A stretch of DNA of 64,000 bases from Lytechinus pictus (GCF_037042905.1 NC_087251.1:13890001-13954000), one strand, 5' to 3'. Shown: positions 41,068-55,233, counted from the stretch's first letter. A program made the numbers and translations. The notes: generated from the letters alone by a model not told the origin.

Positions 41068-41802
41068 TCAAGCTCATGTCATTTTGTATTGATTATATTA
41101 GTTTCATCATGGTCCTACTAGGTCCATGGTTTCATGTAGTCTGTTGGGCAAACCCTTCACTCGAGTTAAGGGCCTGAATGTGCAGCCTAACCAAGCCTTG
41201 TATACTGAAGGCCCTCTCACAGCTAGTTTTGTATTTGCTAGTCTTTGCGTGGAGACACACTTGTTGATCAAAGTTTCAATCAGGGTCTGTGCCTGCAGAC
41301 TAGGTTTCATGGGTAACTTGACATTTGCTCCTGCGACCATTGCTCCTGGCTTATGGATGCAATGGGGTTTTATGTTGGGTTTAGGGTTAGGTTTAGTGGT
41401 GGGTAAAGTGTTAGACCCATCATGCAGGGTTGAAGTTTGTCATTCGTTTAGTGTGTGGAATTTAGAGCGGAGCAAATGCCACGGGACCGTTTCATGAGAT
41501 GCTAGGATAGGTTTACAAGAATTCTCAATAATAAAGGGTTTGAAAGGAGAATGGAGCGAATTTATTGCAAACTTTTACAGTAAAACCATGGAGCTCCATG
41601 GTAAAACCTACCAAAAGTGTGCACAAAATGGTTTAGAACAGCATAATCCCATACGGGCCTACTGAATGTTCTCGAACAGCTACCTTTTCTAGCCCCCAAG
41701 GAATATGAAATCTATATCCGGTTGGTTATACATGATATATACTGATATTACATTGCATTGAATCACAATTTAATCGAGTCAACTTATTTTTTTTTCTCGC
41801 AG

Positions 41803-41982
41803 GAACGATCATTGCTGGTTTTGGAGTATTCTGTTGCGGTAACAAGGGCCAATCTGGTGGTGGGAAGTTTGGCACGTTCTGCATCAACTTCTGGGTCGGC
41901 CTCTTGCAGTTGATTCTATCCCCTATTGGGATCGGTTATGTCTGGGCAATTATGTGGGGATCAATCATGATATATCTATCAC
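41803..41982 (+). CDS. SPEC3/stum-like paralogue B, coding exon 2
   Basis: Acceptor ttttctcgcAG; (G)TIIAGFGVFCCGNKGQSGGGKFGTFCINFWVGLLQLILSPIGIGYVWAIMWGSIMIYLS; donor C|GTGAG; 180 nt. Confidence 0.9.
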
Positions 41983-43377
41983 GTGAGTTTACTGGTACAC
42001 ATTTAATCCTTCTTAATTCGCTCAACCATACTCTGTTGCCACGCCATCGCAACCGACTTCAGGAATCCTGGATGAAAGAGATACGATAACTCTTATTATT
42101 GATAATTATGCAAGTCCGTAAATTAAAGTTAATGTGCAAAAATTTGTAAAGACAGCAGATTATATTAATCGTATATGTTTGTGATACAGAGACAAGACCA
42201 ACTAAAATCATTCAAAATCGGCGGTATAAATTGATGTGCAGTACGTTTTGTTGGTGTGCAGAGGCGGTGTTCGGGGAGGGGGGGGGGGTGGGCTCCCTCT
42301 TCTTGATTTGCCAAAAGTGCCCCCCCCCCCTTTCATAAAGTTGTGTCCTCTTTTCTTTTAATGGTAAATGGTGAATATTCTCAATATTTTCGAGTGGATT
42401 TTTTAACCTCTTTTTATAATAAGTGCCATTGATATGTAAAGTGTCCCTAAAAAGTTTCATCTTCATCTCCTGATTCTTGCACGATTATAGCATTATCAGA
42501 TGCTTTCACACCTCAAACTGGACCCTAGCTTATATGTACAATAAAAAAATATATAATCGCCCACTCTCTCTATTTCTAGAAAGCGTTATGTTTCATTTCA
42601 ATTTATTAATAAGTATGCCTGTTAAAGCCACAATGCCCTTTCTTGGATATGGAAAATCAACCATAAAAAGACAAAAGCAGGGTGAGAAAAGAGATTATGG
42701 GATTGAAGGGCTAGGTTCCGAATTTGCAGCTAAGGAAAAGTAACATTTCGTGATTGTAATAATATTCAACGATGATGATCATAGTAATTCTTATCATCAA
42801 TGAAAGAAAGTTCTTCATTTATTTGCAGAAAAGTTGATTTTCTATCTTTCAGTGCTTGAGCAGAATAACGAGTGACACGCAGTCAAGCTTAGCTTATAGT
42901 GGCAACCCCTGCAACCTTCTAAAATCAATATGTATTAATAGAAAATGCATTTTTGTTCAATGTTTTGCTTGTCAGTTATACGTATATTATTATTGTATTT
43001 TCTTTGTTAATATGTTTATGAAAAAGTGTTGCAGAAACCAATAAATGAAAATGAAAATGAAATATAGTAACAGACTAAAATCTTCTCCCGGGTCTATCAG
43101 TTATAGAGGACACTTCACCCCCTAATGTTATTAACTCCGGTAGAACTTGAAAGATTGTGTTTATCAGGAGTTTTCTTCACTTTTGCATCTTAGAAAAGGT
43201 TAGCTAAACGTAAAATCTACAGTGTGAACAGATTTTTTTGTTTAGTGTTAGCAAGACCAAATAAAAGAGTTTAGAATATGGACCATGTCTATCACTGTCA
43301 TACGGTGGCATAATCCTTCAAATATTGAATTATTTTCTAACATTATTTCGCTGTCCATTCTTTATACCTCATCACAG

Positions 43378-43703
43378 TCGAATATCACAACCCAGGATCA
43401 ACAACCACGAGTGTGGTGTTCCAACCTGCTGTTCCAAATCAGAATGTAGTCGTCCCGCCTCTGAGAACTGGTCTGCAGCAGCAACCAATACAACCCCCAC
43501 CACAGCAAGGCTATCCATCACAACCCCCTCCACAATACCCACAACAAACTCCGCAAGAAAAGGGTTACCCACAGCAGCCCCCGCCTCAGTACCCACAACA
43601 ACCCCTCTCACAACAAGGTTACCCGCAACAGCCTCCACCACAACAAGACAGTACACCACAACCACCGGTTCTTTCAGAAAACGTTGCAGATGAGAAACAT
43701 TAA
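43378..43703 (+). CDS. SPEC3/stum-like paralogue B, coding exon 3 (Pro/Gln-rich tail)
   Basis: Acceptor catcacAG; (L)[16 protein letters not shown]...[14 protein letters not shown]...ADEKH*; the joined CDS is 690 nt = 229 aa. Confidence 0.88.
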
Positions 43704-44036
43704 AGAGTAAACCCCATGGACAACCGCTGCCGGAATGCTAGTAGGTTTTTGGTCAACACCAACAACTATTCGATGCGCTATAGGAAATTAAAATATTCAA
43801 ATAGAAATATTTTTTCACACATTGGTATGATTTTGAAATACACATATCAGCAATTTATGTGTAACTTTGATGTCACATCATAATACTGGTATCAGGAAGA
43901 AAGTAAAATTTGAGGTTTGTATCCATTTGGTCTCCTAGCAGATGGTCCAATTCTAAGATCATCTAACACCATCATGGCTAAACCATTTGGTTTGATAAAC
44001 TGTCCTTTAGCAGAATACCCCCAATTGACTATTTTC

Positions 44037-44256
44037 CATGGCCATACGCAGCGAGGGGTAGGGGCAGGGGGCAGTTGCCCTCCAGAAATTGTGGAAATCT
44101 GCATTTTTTAATGAACATTTTCACAAAATCCTTCAGTTTCACTTTAGAAAACACAAAAGCGCCCCCATTGCTCTCTCGCTTTCAAGTATCTTCTTCAAAA
44201 AAAAAAATTACGCGTTGTGCCCCCACCCCAGGAAAATAATTCTGCTTACGGCCATG
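44037..44256. mobile_element. hAT-like MITE downstream of the gene B stop
   Basis: TIRs CATGGCCATACGCAG / CTGCTTACGGCCATG; 8-bp TSD CTATTTTC / CTGTTTTC. Confidence 0.75.
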
Positions 44257-45516
44257 CTGTTTTCCGCTTCGTATTCTTGCAATGTTGCTTTGTACTTTGT
44301 CAAATAAAAACATTGTTCATAATTAAGTACAGTTGGATCAAATTGACATTAGGCAAAATGGGCACAGCTTATAATTAGACAAAGTGGTAAATGGGCTAAA
44401 TAGACAAACTGGTTGTGAAATAGGCTGATACCAAGTGGGATGAAATCAAACGGGAGGTAGGGAAACTGGGTGTAGACCAAGCGGTAATTCACCGAATTTG
44501 GTTGGTCTGTTGTATATTTATCACAGCTTTAATTCATTATAACCAAACAGGAATCATTGCTTTTGTTTTACCATTCAAGGTACGATAACATAATACCCTA
44601 TGAACTGTTTAACATTTAATACTAGTAGTTGAATGAAATATTACAAACATGTAATGTGTATTGTTATTTTCTATATGTTTATTACAATAGATTCAACATA
44701 CTAACAAAGAAAATAGCTGTATGAACTATCATGAAACGCCACAATATTTCTGTTTCACAGCTTCAAACTTCTTACAACGTCGCGTCTTATAATTAGCTCC
44801 AAGAAAGTAAGAAAACAACACTAATTATTATTCAATACATCGTTTTCAATTTATTTATTTATTTCACCCAAATTTGAACAACATCCATGTACAATCATGA
44901 AATAAGTGTAGGTTTATATACTGCCAAAGGTTGATGGATAAAATGAATAGGCCATATAATTATAATATAATTATTGTTATATAATAATCGCTAATATCAT
45001 CATTATTATTGTTATCACCATTATTAATATTGTTATTATAGACATCATTCGTCAACATCAACACAATTATCACCACCACCACCACCATCATCATCATCGT
45101 CATCATCGTCATCATCATCATCATCTATGCATCGTGAAAATATGGACTTCTTTTATCTAGCGTACGTATAATATAGATACCATGTCTTTCGTAGTAATAT
45201 AAAAGGATTATCGATCTTTTAGGATAAATTATGATCTTAACAAATCTTCTCTCTTACATTATTATGAATCATTAAAATAAAAGTGCTTTAAAACTTATAT
45301 CACGGTATTGTAATATGATATTTTCGTGTGGTATTCTTTTGTTTTTAGCTTGTAAATATCTTTTAATCATTTTTTGTTTTTCAAACTAGAGAGTGATTTT
45401 TTTTTCAAGAGCAGTCTTGAAAGGATCATTGAGAAAGAATATTTTGAATAGTAATTTGATTGCATTTTGACGTGCATAAGAGGTCTCTCACACACTGTTA
45501 GAAAATTTATCCTTAA

Positions 45517-46099
45517 AGGAGAATGAAACTCTTGGAGCAAGTTAGCTTTTGTGAAAGTAGAAAAATCAAAGAAAAAGATCAACAAAACTTTGAGTAAAAT
45601 AGGACTAGCAATAAAAGAGTTATGAGCATTTGAATGTCGAGATCACTAATGCTATGGAGATCCTCCCATTGGCAATGCGACCAAGATCTGTGATGTCACA
45701 CACGTACAACTCTCCCATTTGGACACTGAAAATATACCCCAAAACATCTCTTTTTGCTCATTCTAATCATATGACAAACGATTCATCAATGATATAATGT
45801 TGTGAAACCTCTGTACTTGTCCTCTCATAAAGAGAACACCTCACCTTGTGATAGACTCTATAAAAGTGAAAATATAAGTGAAATAAGTACTTAAGTAATG
45901 AGGGAGTTGTACGTGTGTGACATCACAGATCTTGGTCGCATTGCCAATGGGAGGATCTACATGGCATTAGTGATTTCAATATTCAAATGCTCATAACTTT
46001 CTTATTATTCATTCAATCTTCCTCAAACTTTCAACAATGTGTTTCTTTGATTTTTCTCTTTGATATGGATTCAGCTGGTTTCAAGGGTTTCATTCTCCT
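45517..46099. mobile_element. Kolobok/T2-type MITE family 2, copy 1 (583 bp)
   Basis: TTAA|AGGAGAATGAAAC...GTTTCATTCTCCT|TTAA; long internal inverted repeats; near-identical to 62529-63111. Confidence 0.85.
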
Positions 46100-46661
46100 T
46101 TAAAATAAAAGAAGTTCCTGCAGCAGAGTCTCGAGAACACCTGTAATCTTACCAGATTGCGTAATCTTGCAGGAAATTGGTATTTGGTGTATGGAATCTT
46201 ACAAATTTCCTTAAATAAAACACCCTTTTCCCCTTTTTAAACAGACCTGTTCTGTTAAATTGCAGAAAACCTCATGTTTTATGAATTTACAGAATGATTC
46301 TGTTATTGCTTTCTGTAAAATCACGGTTTTTTAACAGTAAAGAGATCATCTTGAAACCGAACCCAGCGTCATGTCTTTTGGTATATCGTTAGAAAAATTT
46401 GAACCTAGCCAATTTTTGATAGTCAAATTCAATGTTTACATGTTAAGTCACGATGTTTCATTGTGTCATTTCTCGGCCTTTATTTTTTATTCTACTAAAT
46501 GAAACCGCGAGCCTATAAGATTCATCAAATTATCTGCGCTATTAACTCTTTGGTAAATTAAGACTTATGTGAGAAATATGTGTATCCCCTTGTGGCGAAA
46601 TTTAGCTCGACTTAAACCACCGTTTTCAACAGATTGCCTCTCCACAGACTTGTTACCTAGT

Positions 46662-46837
46662 GAGTGTTTCATAAAGCTGTTCGTAAGTTAAGAGCGACTT
46701 TAAAAACGACTGGTGATAATTTTTTGTGGTAAATGGTATAATAAATTGGCGATGGTTTACTTGGCGCTTAAGAAAGGATCACCAGTCGTTCATAAGGTAT
46801 CTTTTAACTTACGAACAGCATTATGAAACGGCCCCGG
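46662..46837. mobile_element. Small hairpin MITE; related copy at about 58051-58222
   Basis: GTTTCATAAAGCTGTTCGTAAGTTAAGAG / CTTTTAACTTACGAACAGCATTATGAAAC inverted ends. Confidence 0.65.
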
Positions 46838-47949
46838 GATTCTTGTATAATGTTGTCCTGTTCAGAAATCATAATTTCTATATAACTTTCCCAACATAAT
46901 TATTGTCCATGAGAAAGAAGTATCTATTATTTGGGTCAAAAGGAGAAAGGGGATCGCTCCTCAGGGAGCAGGAGGGGCGACAGCCCCCTATGATTTTTGA
47001 AGTAGTGAAAAGAAAAAGAAGAGAAGGGGGAAACGGGGAAAGAACAACAACATCAAAAGATAGTTATGGATCCGAGTTCTATATTATCACTGTTGTTAAA
47101 TTTGATAGACAAAATGGCGTCGTACTAGATAACCTCTTGAAATACATTGGTCGCTGCCCATGCCGCCACAGGGGGTACGCAATATAGATATATTTCAACC
47201 AATTTTAAACAAAATAATGTAAACTGTTTGATTTTCCCATAAGTGTAATCACTCATATTTTGGCTTTTATCGGACATAAATCCCTGTACCAACTGTAGAA
47301 TCAAAATTAAAACTTTATTTGGTCTTAGATTGTTCAAGAATTCAAGATATCAGCTACTTTTTCACCCCAAAATGTCAATGATCGATTAAGTCTCATTTAC
47401 TTATCTACTATTTGGCAGATTTCGGAGTTTGAATACTTTCATATTTTTACATGATGTTTCTTTCTTTTATTTTCACCTTTCCCATTTCCTCTGTAATATC
47501 CATTTCTATATACAGGTATTTGCCTACAAAGTCTTCTTTCCCCCTCCTTTTCTCCTACATAATTATAACTCCACTTTATTATTTTTTACACATCTCTCCC
47601 TCTTTCTCCCACCCTCTAATCCTCACTCTCACAATCAATTACTCTCCTTCACTCTCTATTTACCTATCCTTTGAACTTGAGCCATCATATACCTTGGTAA
47701 ATATTTTCCCAATTTCTCATGTCTATTTATACCGAATCAACATCATTCATGTCATTCTCAACCCTGTCTTTGCCCGACCCTCTTATACTGCTCTCCGGGA
47801 GGATTTGCATGTACAGTACCTTCACCGCCTCGTCAACAGATATCGTTCCTGATATCTATTTAAATACATTTCTTTCGCTTCACTTGGGTTTTAATTCTCA
47901 TTTCATATTTCGTGAATTCGATCTGAATTTCTGGTCAATTTATATCAAG

Positions 47950-48115
47950 ATGACGAGTAACAATCCAACAATCGTGGTGGCGCCCGTGCAACCCCAGACA
48001 GTAGTGGTTCATCAAAACACCAGGGAACCCAATGCTTGTCGGGCTGCCATACCCTCCATGCACATCGCCCTATCCGTTACATGTTTGATTATAAATATCA
48101 TTTTCCCTGGAATAG
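47950..48115 (+). CDS. SPEC3/stum-like paralogue C, coding exon 1
   Basis: caagATGA start; MTSNNPTIVVAPVQPQTVVV...NACRAAIPSMHIALSVTCLIINIIFPGI; donor G|GTAAG. Confidence 0.9.
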
Positions 48116-48450
48116 GTAAGTAAAATATTCTATGTATATATTTTCTTTCTATTAAGTAATTCTATCTGATGTTGTCATTGGAGTCGTATGCAAAGACCAG
48201 ACCCCACGAAGTGAATTATTCCCTTTTCTAGTGTTTTATTTTTATTTTCAAATCTGTGAATTTGACTTTAAAATTAGACCAGATTAACAGTATAGGCCAA
48301 GTGAAATTTATCCTGACGATCTGATAATCAGACCGTCAGAGCAAGTGGATACAATCTGTTTGTTTTTTACGTAAGTTTTTTGTTCCATGAAATAACCAGC
48401 GAGTAAAAATAATTACATACATGCATGCTTTTTATGGGTAGACCTTCCCC

Positions 48451-50386
48451 TAGTCTAGGCGACGGGTGCGACTTTTGTTCAGAAAATGCTAAGAGCATGA
48501 AACTTGGCACAATAATTATTCTTCACCTCATACTGATGATTTTCAATGGTCGTGCCAAAGATTAACAACACATTCCTCAGCAACGGTTGCAAAGTAACAA
48601 ATTTACCCTGACAACAGGCATTTTGAGGGCAGTTATCCCTCTGTTGCCACCCCAGAAATAAACCAAACCAACTTTATTAACTTTCCTAGATGTTAACAAG
48701 ACATCCAAGATGACCCCCCCCCCAAAAAAAAAAAATGGCCCGAAAAATATCGCTTCCAGGTGGCTACTAAACAATCATTTCCATGATAGTAGAAATCCGA
48801 TCCGAGCAGTGGGGGATATCATATTGAACTGGAAATTCCAAATTTCGGGGGCATCCAAACATCAACTTATGTGGGGTAAATAAATATGTACATAATGTCA
48901 TCATCTATCACATTTGGTGGTGATAGTGAAGGCCTATATCATATTTTTTCGAAGGATGTTTTAACGGTTTTAAGTGTGACATAAACTACTGAATTACAGT
49001 TGGCTGACCGCGCACATTAATATGCGAGCGAACGAAGCTAACGAGCAAATTTTCAGTTGTTGGAAGACTGAATGGTGTCTAAAACCATGTTTATTTTTAA
49101 ACCAAGAGGAGAAAATGGAGATTAAATATTTGAAATGTGTTCAATAAAAAAAAACAAATCATTTATTCATTGGTTACAGTTGAGATAAGAATGGAAAAGG
49201 TTGCCTTTATAATTATTAGGAATTGGGTGCCTTGAGAAAAACTAATATGCCATCCCAGACCACAATATAAACCTCACAAACCATGGAAAATAGTACATTG
49301 ATGCAAATGAAATGGAAAATATTTGCTAAATGGAAATATTTTAAACAGTTTTTGAAAATATATTCAGAGATTAAACAACATTAAAAATTGTAAACAAAAA
49401 TTCATTCACATTTGAAATACTTATTACATTGTTTTGCTAATAAAAGTTATTTTAAGTGTCATATAAAATGGATAAATCGTACAGATACGGGAAATGCTGT
49501 TCTTTTGTTTGAGTAACAGAATGAATTTGATCAATGTAAACATTCACCAGCGCAATAAGTCAAACATTTTGAGAGGCAGACATAGTGTATGAGGCAACAT
49601 TTTATGAAAGCTGAGAGCTAACGAAGCGTGCAAGCAAAGTTGTTGATTTTTCTCATACAAATATCTAATTTTTAAATAGGTTATGACATAATATTCAGAT
49701 AATTATACCATATTTCATCCTTCTCCCTTTTATTGCATTCGTCGGCGCTGGAAACGGTGACTGCGGCGGTGGCGACAGCATCGGCGTCGTCAACATTGAA
49801 ATCTTTACCAAGGTTAAGTTTTTTTAATGGTGTTATTTTTGAATAATTATTTATCTTTTCAAAGTCAGCACTACCGTTATATTGAATGGCGTAATACGGA
49901 CAAGACTGCCAAAGGCGTCCCACTTGTCTCCTTGTTTTCTTAATCGTGACTTTTAAGGGGCTCCATCCCCACCCTCCCCATCTGTACGCCAGTGCCATCA
50001 GTATCTCATTGTAAATTCCACTTGAACTATGGGGTACGCCTTTACTTATACAAACTATTCCCTCCCCAAAGGTGCCAGTTGCGAAGGACACTAGAAATAT
50101 AACTGAATGCTATTAATACCCCCGCCTTATGTCGTTACCATAGTAATGTAGTTTCCAAGTTACAAATGCTAACACGGATTATAACCATTGAATATTTTTT
50201 GGTCCATAGGCATCCTATGTATTGGGTGATAATGAAAATGAGTTCCCTAGCAACCGTTGCTATATTATTTTGCGTTAATTTTGACTCTTCCCCTGAATTT
50301 TTTTAGAATGTTATCTTGGTCATGTGTGCCAAGTTTCATGCTTCGAATACAATGTGAACATATTTTTTCACCCTTTGCTTAGACTA
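48451..50386. mobile_element. Academ-like non-autonomous element in gene C intron 1
   Basis: TAGTCTAGGCGACGGGTG / CACCCTTTGCTTAGACTA ends; subterminal GCATGAAACTTGGCACA / TGTGCCAAGTTTCATGC inverted pair; no clear TSD. Confidence 0.6.
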
Positions 50387-51255
50387 CAATTATATTTTAA
50401 ACCCATTTATGCAATTTGATACACATACGTGTGTTTCCAAAATGACTATATGGTTGCACGTCCAAGTAATTCAAGCGAAAACAGAAATTTTCGAATTAAG
50501 GGAGTCATGATAATAGGCCTTCTGTGCTCCATAAAACTGAAATCTTAACGATTGATTGCACGTACGCTTATGATCACTATACCGTCACAGGGCTAATGTT
50601 TCATTATTGTTTGGAAGAGACCCGCAACCTGACTGAAATAACATGGTTATTTTGTCTATTCTCAGTTATTAAACATGTTGTTCTACAATAATTAGGCACA
50701 TAAATTTAATCTATACATAAACACTTTTATGATAGTCTTTTTAGATTCTGTCAAAACTCATCTTAAGATCGTTACCATAACTGGCACTTTAAGATTTGTA
50801 TTACATGATGTCTCAGATGGTTTTTATTTTAATTTATTTGATAATTCTACAAGAGAAGGGGGCGGGTCAATAACCTATTGTTAACAAAATAATATTCAAC
50901 CATCATAATAATAAAACCAACAGTAACAACAAAACTAGCAAGAAAGATAATAATGATAGTGATAATGAAATTATAATAGTGATGATGGCATGAATGATGA
51001 TGATGATGACTACATCAGCGACAACAACAACAACAACAATAATATCAATAATAAAAATAAAAATAATTGATGCTACGGAAGAACTTGAACCATGGACCTT
51101 TTTTATATCTAAATCCACAGCACTTTTACTATTCATTTGTAATAGAATTAACCGAATTTCCAATTCCTTACTTGCAAGAAAGTACACACTGTAATTGTCA
51201 AAGAGCTAATTGGCTAATTTGCTCCCGAAACCACACTTTAAAAGGGGCTGTAGAC

Positions 51256-51426
51256 TAATACCTCGGTCACATTTGTTCTACGGCGGCCGTACGGCTAGTG
51301 GAAAACAGCCATTTTATTAATTTAATTTCAAGCCACCTATATGTAGCTGGTACAAAAACAAATGTTAAAACGGCCGTTTTCGACTCGCCGTACGGCCGCC
51401 GTAGAACAAATGTGACCGAGGTATTA
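51256..51426. mobile_element. Hairpin MITE, about 170 bp
   Basis: About 40-bp perfect arms TAATACCTCGGTCACATTTGTTCTACGGCGGCCGTACGGC and reverse complement, extending imperfectly to about 60 bp. Confidence 0.8.
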
Positions 51427-51625
51427 GGAACAATAAGTCCCATTGGTGTGAACAGTTATACGTCTATGTAAAGTGGATTTCAGGTAATTTTATAGCTAAA
51501 ATTCATTCTAAACTACACTCTAAATGGATTAGTCCCTGTTATGAGAACGTGATTAGGGACCAGATTCTGTTGAGAGAGAGCGAACAACCTTATTTCTTCT
51601 TAATTTTCATTTTATATATATACAG

Positions 51626-51805
51626 GAACTATTGTGGCTGGTTTCGCGGTCTTCTGCTGCGCTAACCCTGGCCAGAGTGATGGGGGTAAGGTGGGTACCT
51701 TCTGCTTGAACTTCTGGGTTGGGATCCTTCAATTGGCCCTCGCTTTGTTCCTCGTCGGATGGATATGGGCTATCATCTGGGGTACTATCATGGTTGCTAT
51801 GTCAG
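51626..51805 (+). CDS. SPEC3/stum-like paralogue C, coding exon 2
   Basis: Acceptor tatacAG; (G)TIVAGFAVFCCANPGQSDGGKVGTFCLNFWVGILQLALALFLVGWIWAIIWGTIMVAMS; donor G|GTAAA; 180 nt. Confidence 0.9.
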
Positions 51806-52259
51806 GTAAACTCACCTAAATATACACACACATCGTAAAAAAATTACATGTTAGAGCTATATAGGCATTTTGCCAGTCAAAAAAAAAAGTACACTCGTAA
51901 GATGATTGATCAAACTACCTAATGTGTTTCTCAATGATTGTGTTCGACCACCACCCCCCCCCCCCGAAGGGGGGAGGAGAAATTGTCAAAATCAACATAT
52001 TTCTGGTCAGGTACGTTCTAACCAATGCGTTATTTCTATAAATTGAATAGTTTCTAATACTTCCTTGCCAGGATTGGGCAAATAGTGAGGGCCCGGTGTT
52101 TGCGTTCTATATTTTCTATTGGATTAGATTGTGATCGCCTATTTTTCGGCATTGTGTCATGTATTTATATATCCTTGTTAAGGTTGTAGTTATACGTTTT
52201 AAACGTTTCATTGTGAAACGTTCTGAAAGTGGTATAAAACATGAAATATTATATGCATC

Positions 52260-52500
52260 ATACGTAGGTTAAAGGTTTTGTGGTCTCGTGGATGCCGACT
52301 CATAGATCACAGGTTCGGATTCGAATCTCGCGACTCTAATGTCCTTTTGCAAGGCGTTGATCTAGCCACACTCGACCTAAATGAGTACCAGACAGGAATA
52401 TATGCCATAAACTGACAAAGGGCCCTGTGCAGCTTTGCTAAAGATGGTAATTATTGCGGAGTGCCAGGAGTGTCATATCTGACAGTCGTCGTGAGCGCTC
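52260..52500 (+). mobile_element. Degraded tRNA-derived SINE
   Basis: B-box-like (G)TTCGAATC, followed by GTCCTTTTGCAAGGC...CACTCGACC..AAATGAGTACC resembling the conserved central domain of invertebrate SINEs. Confidence 0.5.
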
Positions 52501-52881
52501 TTCATTAACTCACTCTCATTATTATCAAAAATATATAATTCTACAAATATCACATTGTAATTGTGATAACCGTTGGGGTATTTTTTATTGTGAAAATATA
52601 AGCCAACGTTTGAATACAATATTTACATTTCCTGTGAAAATCTATTACTAAAACTTTTTTTTTGCTTAGCCGGAATATAGCTTTCATTCAAAATTTGTTT
52701 GGCGAGAGTCAGGTATTTTTTTCAATAATTATAAATTATCCATATTTTGAATGATAGGCCTATTTTTTAGAAATTATTATGTGATCACAATGTTCCCCGT
52801 GCCTTTGTACGATGTATATTGCGTTTGGTACATTTGCGTTTATTCATTATTAATGTGTTGAATTATTAATTTATGTCACAG

Positions 52882-53132
52882 CTGAGTACCACAACCCTGG
52901 GACACTCACAACAGTGACCCAGGGCAATGCCGTAGTCACCACGTCCACTGTGATCAACACACAGCAACCACAACAGGTGCAAGTCGTCCAACCACAGCAA
53001 CCAGGCTACAACCAACCCCCACAACAAGGCTACAACCCTCAAATGCAACCACAAGGTTACGGTCAACCGAGCGGGCAAACGCAGCCACCATACGGCGCAC
53101 CGCCTACTTACAACATTGAGGAAAAACGTTAA
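52882..53132 (+). CDS. SPEC3/stum-like paralogue C, coding exon 3
   Basis: Acceptor tgtcacAG; (A)EYHNPGTLTTVTQGNAVV...QGYNPQ...GAPPTYNIEEKR*; the joined CDS is 597 nt = 198 aa. Confidence 0.88.
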
Positions 53133-53695
53133 AAAGATTTAACACAATGAGGCAATGTTTTCTCATATTCTCCTGATTCGTTTTTGAGTGGGATTGGAAT
53201 TAAACATGCTTTTAGACCTGTCTATAGACACCACAATGCTAATCTGTTACTGTAGATTTGAGTAATTCATACAATATTAATACAACTAATTATGGAAAAT
53301 TCTACAATCAAGGAGGCAAATGTATGACATGATTGGTGTCCCATCTACCTAAGAATTAAGCCACTGAGACCATCATAATTATCATGACCTTGGTAAGGTG
53401 AACAGCTAGTAGACCTATATGTATTCATTCAGTGTATTGAAATCTTTAAATTGATGGTACATTTTGTTTGTAAGATTTATTGCACATAATAAGCAATGCA
53501 ATCAAACGCTCTATAGGCATTGTATTGGGCCCATCAACTTTAGTTTACATTTCAATGGAATGCTATGCGTCATTTCGTTTGTCAATATTCATGAAAAAAG
53601 ATGATATACTAAAGACATGAAAGAATCGATTTTATGTTCCTTACCTTTCTATATCGATCTCATAATTTTGGGACATTCTGCACCGCATGATTTAA

Positions 53696-54236
53696 AGGGG
53701 AATCCAGCCTTTGTCATGATATGTTGTGTTTGAAAGGAGAAAATAAATAAAACAGAATAGTGACAGTTTGAAAAAAAATCGGACAAGCAATAAGAAAGTT
53801 ATGGCTGTTTTAAAGCTCTCTAAGATCTCTAAGACTATGTAGATTTCAAATTGGCAACTGGGTAAGTAAATTATGACAATTGGCAAGGACAACTTTCCCA
53901 TAGGCCATGTATTTTATTATCAGTGATTTGTGGTTAAGTACCCATTCCCCTGGGGAATGAAACAAAAATATAATTTGAAGTAAAACATTTGAAAAAATGT
54001 AATTTAGTCATTTTATGTATTGGAGAACATGGAAGAGTAATCCTTGCCTTACTTCACTATGTCATCACATTTGTTGCCAATTTGAAATCTCCATAGGTAT
54101 AGTGATTACCAATATTCACAACTTTAAAAATTCATAACTTTCTTATTGTTTGTCCGATATTGTTCAAACTTTCACCTATCTGTCTGATTTTTCCTTTTTC
54201 CTCTAAAAGCAAGTTTTAATTTGGGTTGGATTCCCA
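53696..54236. mobile_element. Kolobok/T2-type MITE family 3
   Basis: TTAA|AGGGGAATCCAGCC...GGTTGGATTCCCA|TTAA with internal inverted segments. Confidence 0.7.
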
Positions 54237-54909
54237 TTAAAATGTAATGTTCTGTACCTAGTGAAACGAGTGACGTCACAATACTATCCGGCTAAAATCG
54301 CACTAAAGTGTTGGTCTCTTTACCATTTTATCATCACATTGTATGAACGTGTATGTCCTAAAAACTATCATGGCGTGGATGATATGAAATTGAACATTTT
54401 TCTTTAGTGATGTAATTGCGATTTAGTAACGAAATTTGTTTTGGTCGGAATCCCAACCAAAATGCTGATAATAAAAGGACTATGTATGCGTACTTGCTCT
54501 TTTAGGTATGATTGATATAAAGTCATTTCTCAAGCATAAACCTTAAATTTCAGGGTAAAATCTTTGGAGCCTTCTGATATGCCATAACTTGTAAGAAAAG
54601 TGTCAAAATGATCCCTTTAAGAAAAGCAACATCATTTCAGGGAGAGGGCGCTTGACATCTCAAATATAAAATTCAAATTTCTAACATAATTAACATGTAC
54701 AAAAACCCCGATAACTACAGTTTTGTGAGACCAAAAAGTAAGATGATTATCGAATACAATTTATAAAATTGAACATTAAATCAATGTTTTATGGTCTTTA
54801 CATGTTCCAGGGATGCCTTTAAAATGTCTTTCATCTATTATAAATATGTCGCTTTCTCAGATATTATGCTTATATACTTGTATATTTTTAGACACGAAAC
54901 CTACATATA

Positions 54910-54957
<48 letters not shown>

Positions 54958-54974
54958 GAGTCAAAACCCATGCA

Positions 54975-55233
54975 AAAACGTATCTTTGCCCCCCCTGACG
55001 GGCTTGAAAAACCTTTTTTGCCCCCCCTGACGAGCTTTTGCTTGTCAATTTTTTTATGGTACGAAATCCTTTATTTGTGATCGAAGACCTTTTTTTTTTT
55101 TTTTTTTTTTTTTTTTGCTTGTCAATTTTTTTCTGTTACGAAATCCTTTATTTGTGATCGAAGACCTTTTTTTTTTTTTTTTTTTGCGTGTCAATTTTTT
55201 TATGGTACGAAATCCTTTATTTGTGATCGAAGA

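Noticed and set aside
47719..47949. N-terminal extension of gene C from the upstream in-frame ORF
   Set aside because: Similarity to the paralogues starts at ATG 47950; the upstream sequence looks like T-rich UTR/promoter.
49090..49390. Possible L1/Tx1 ORF2 C-terminal remnant (..FAKWK..)
   Set aside because: Too degraded to support by eye.
51084..51099. CTTGAACCATGGACCT, matching the left half of the 23285 footprint
   Set aside because: No right half or second 7-mer, so not counted as a footprint.
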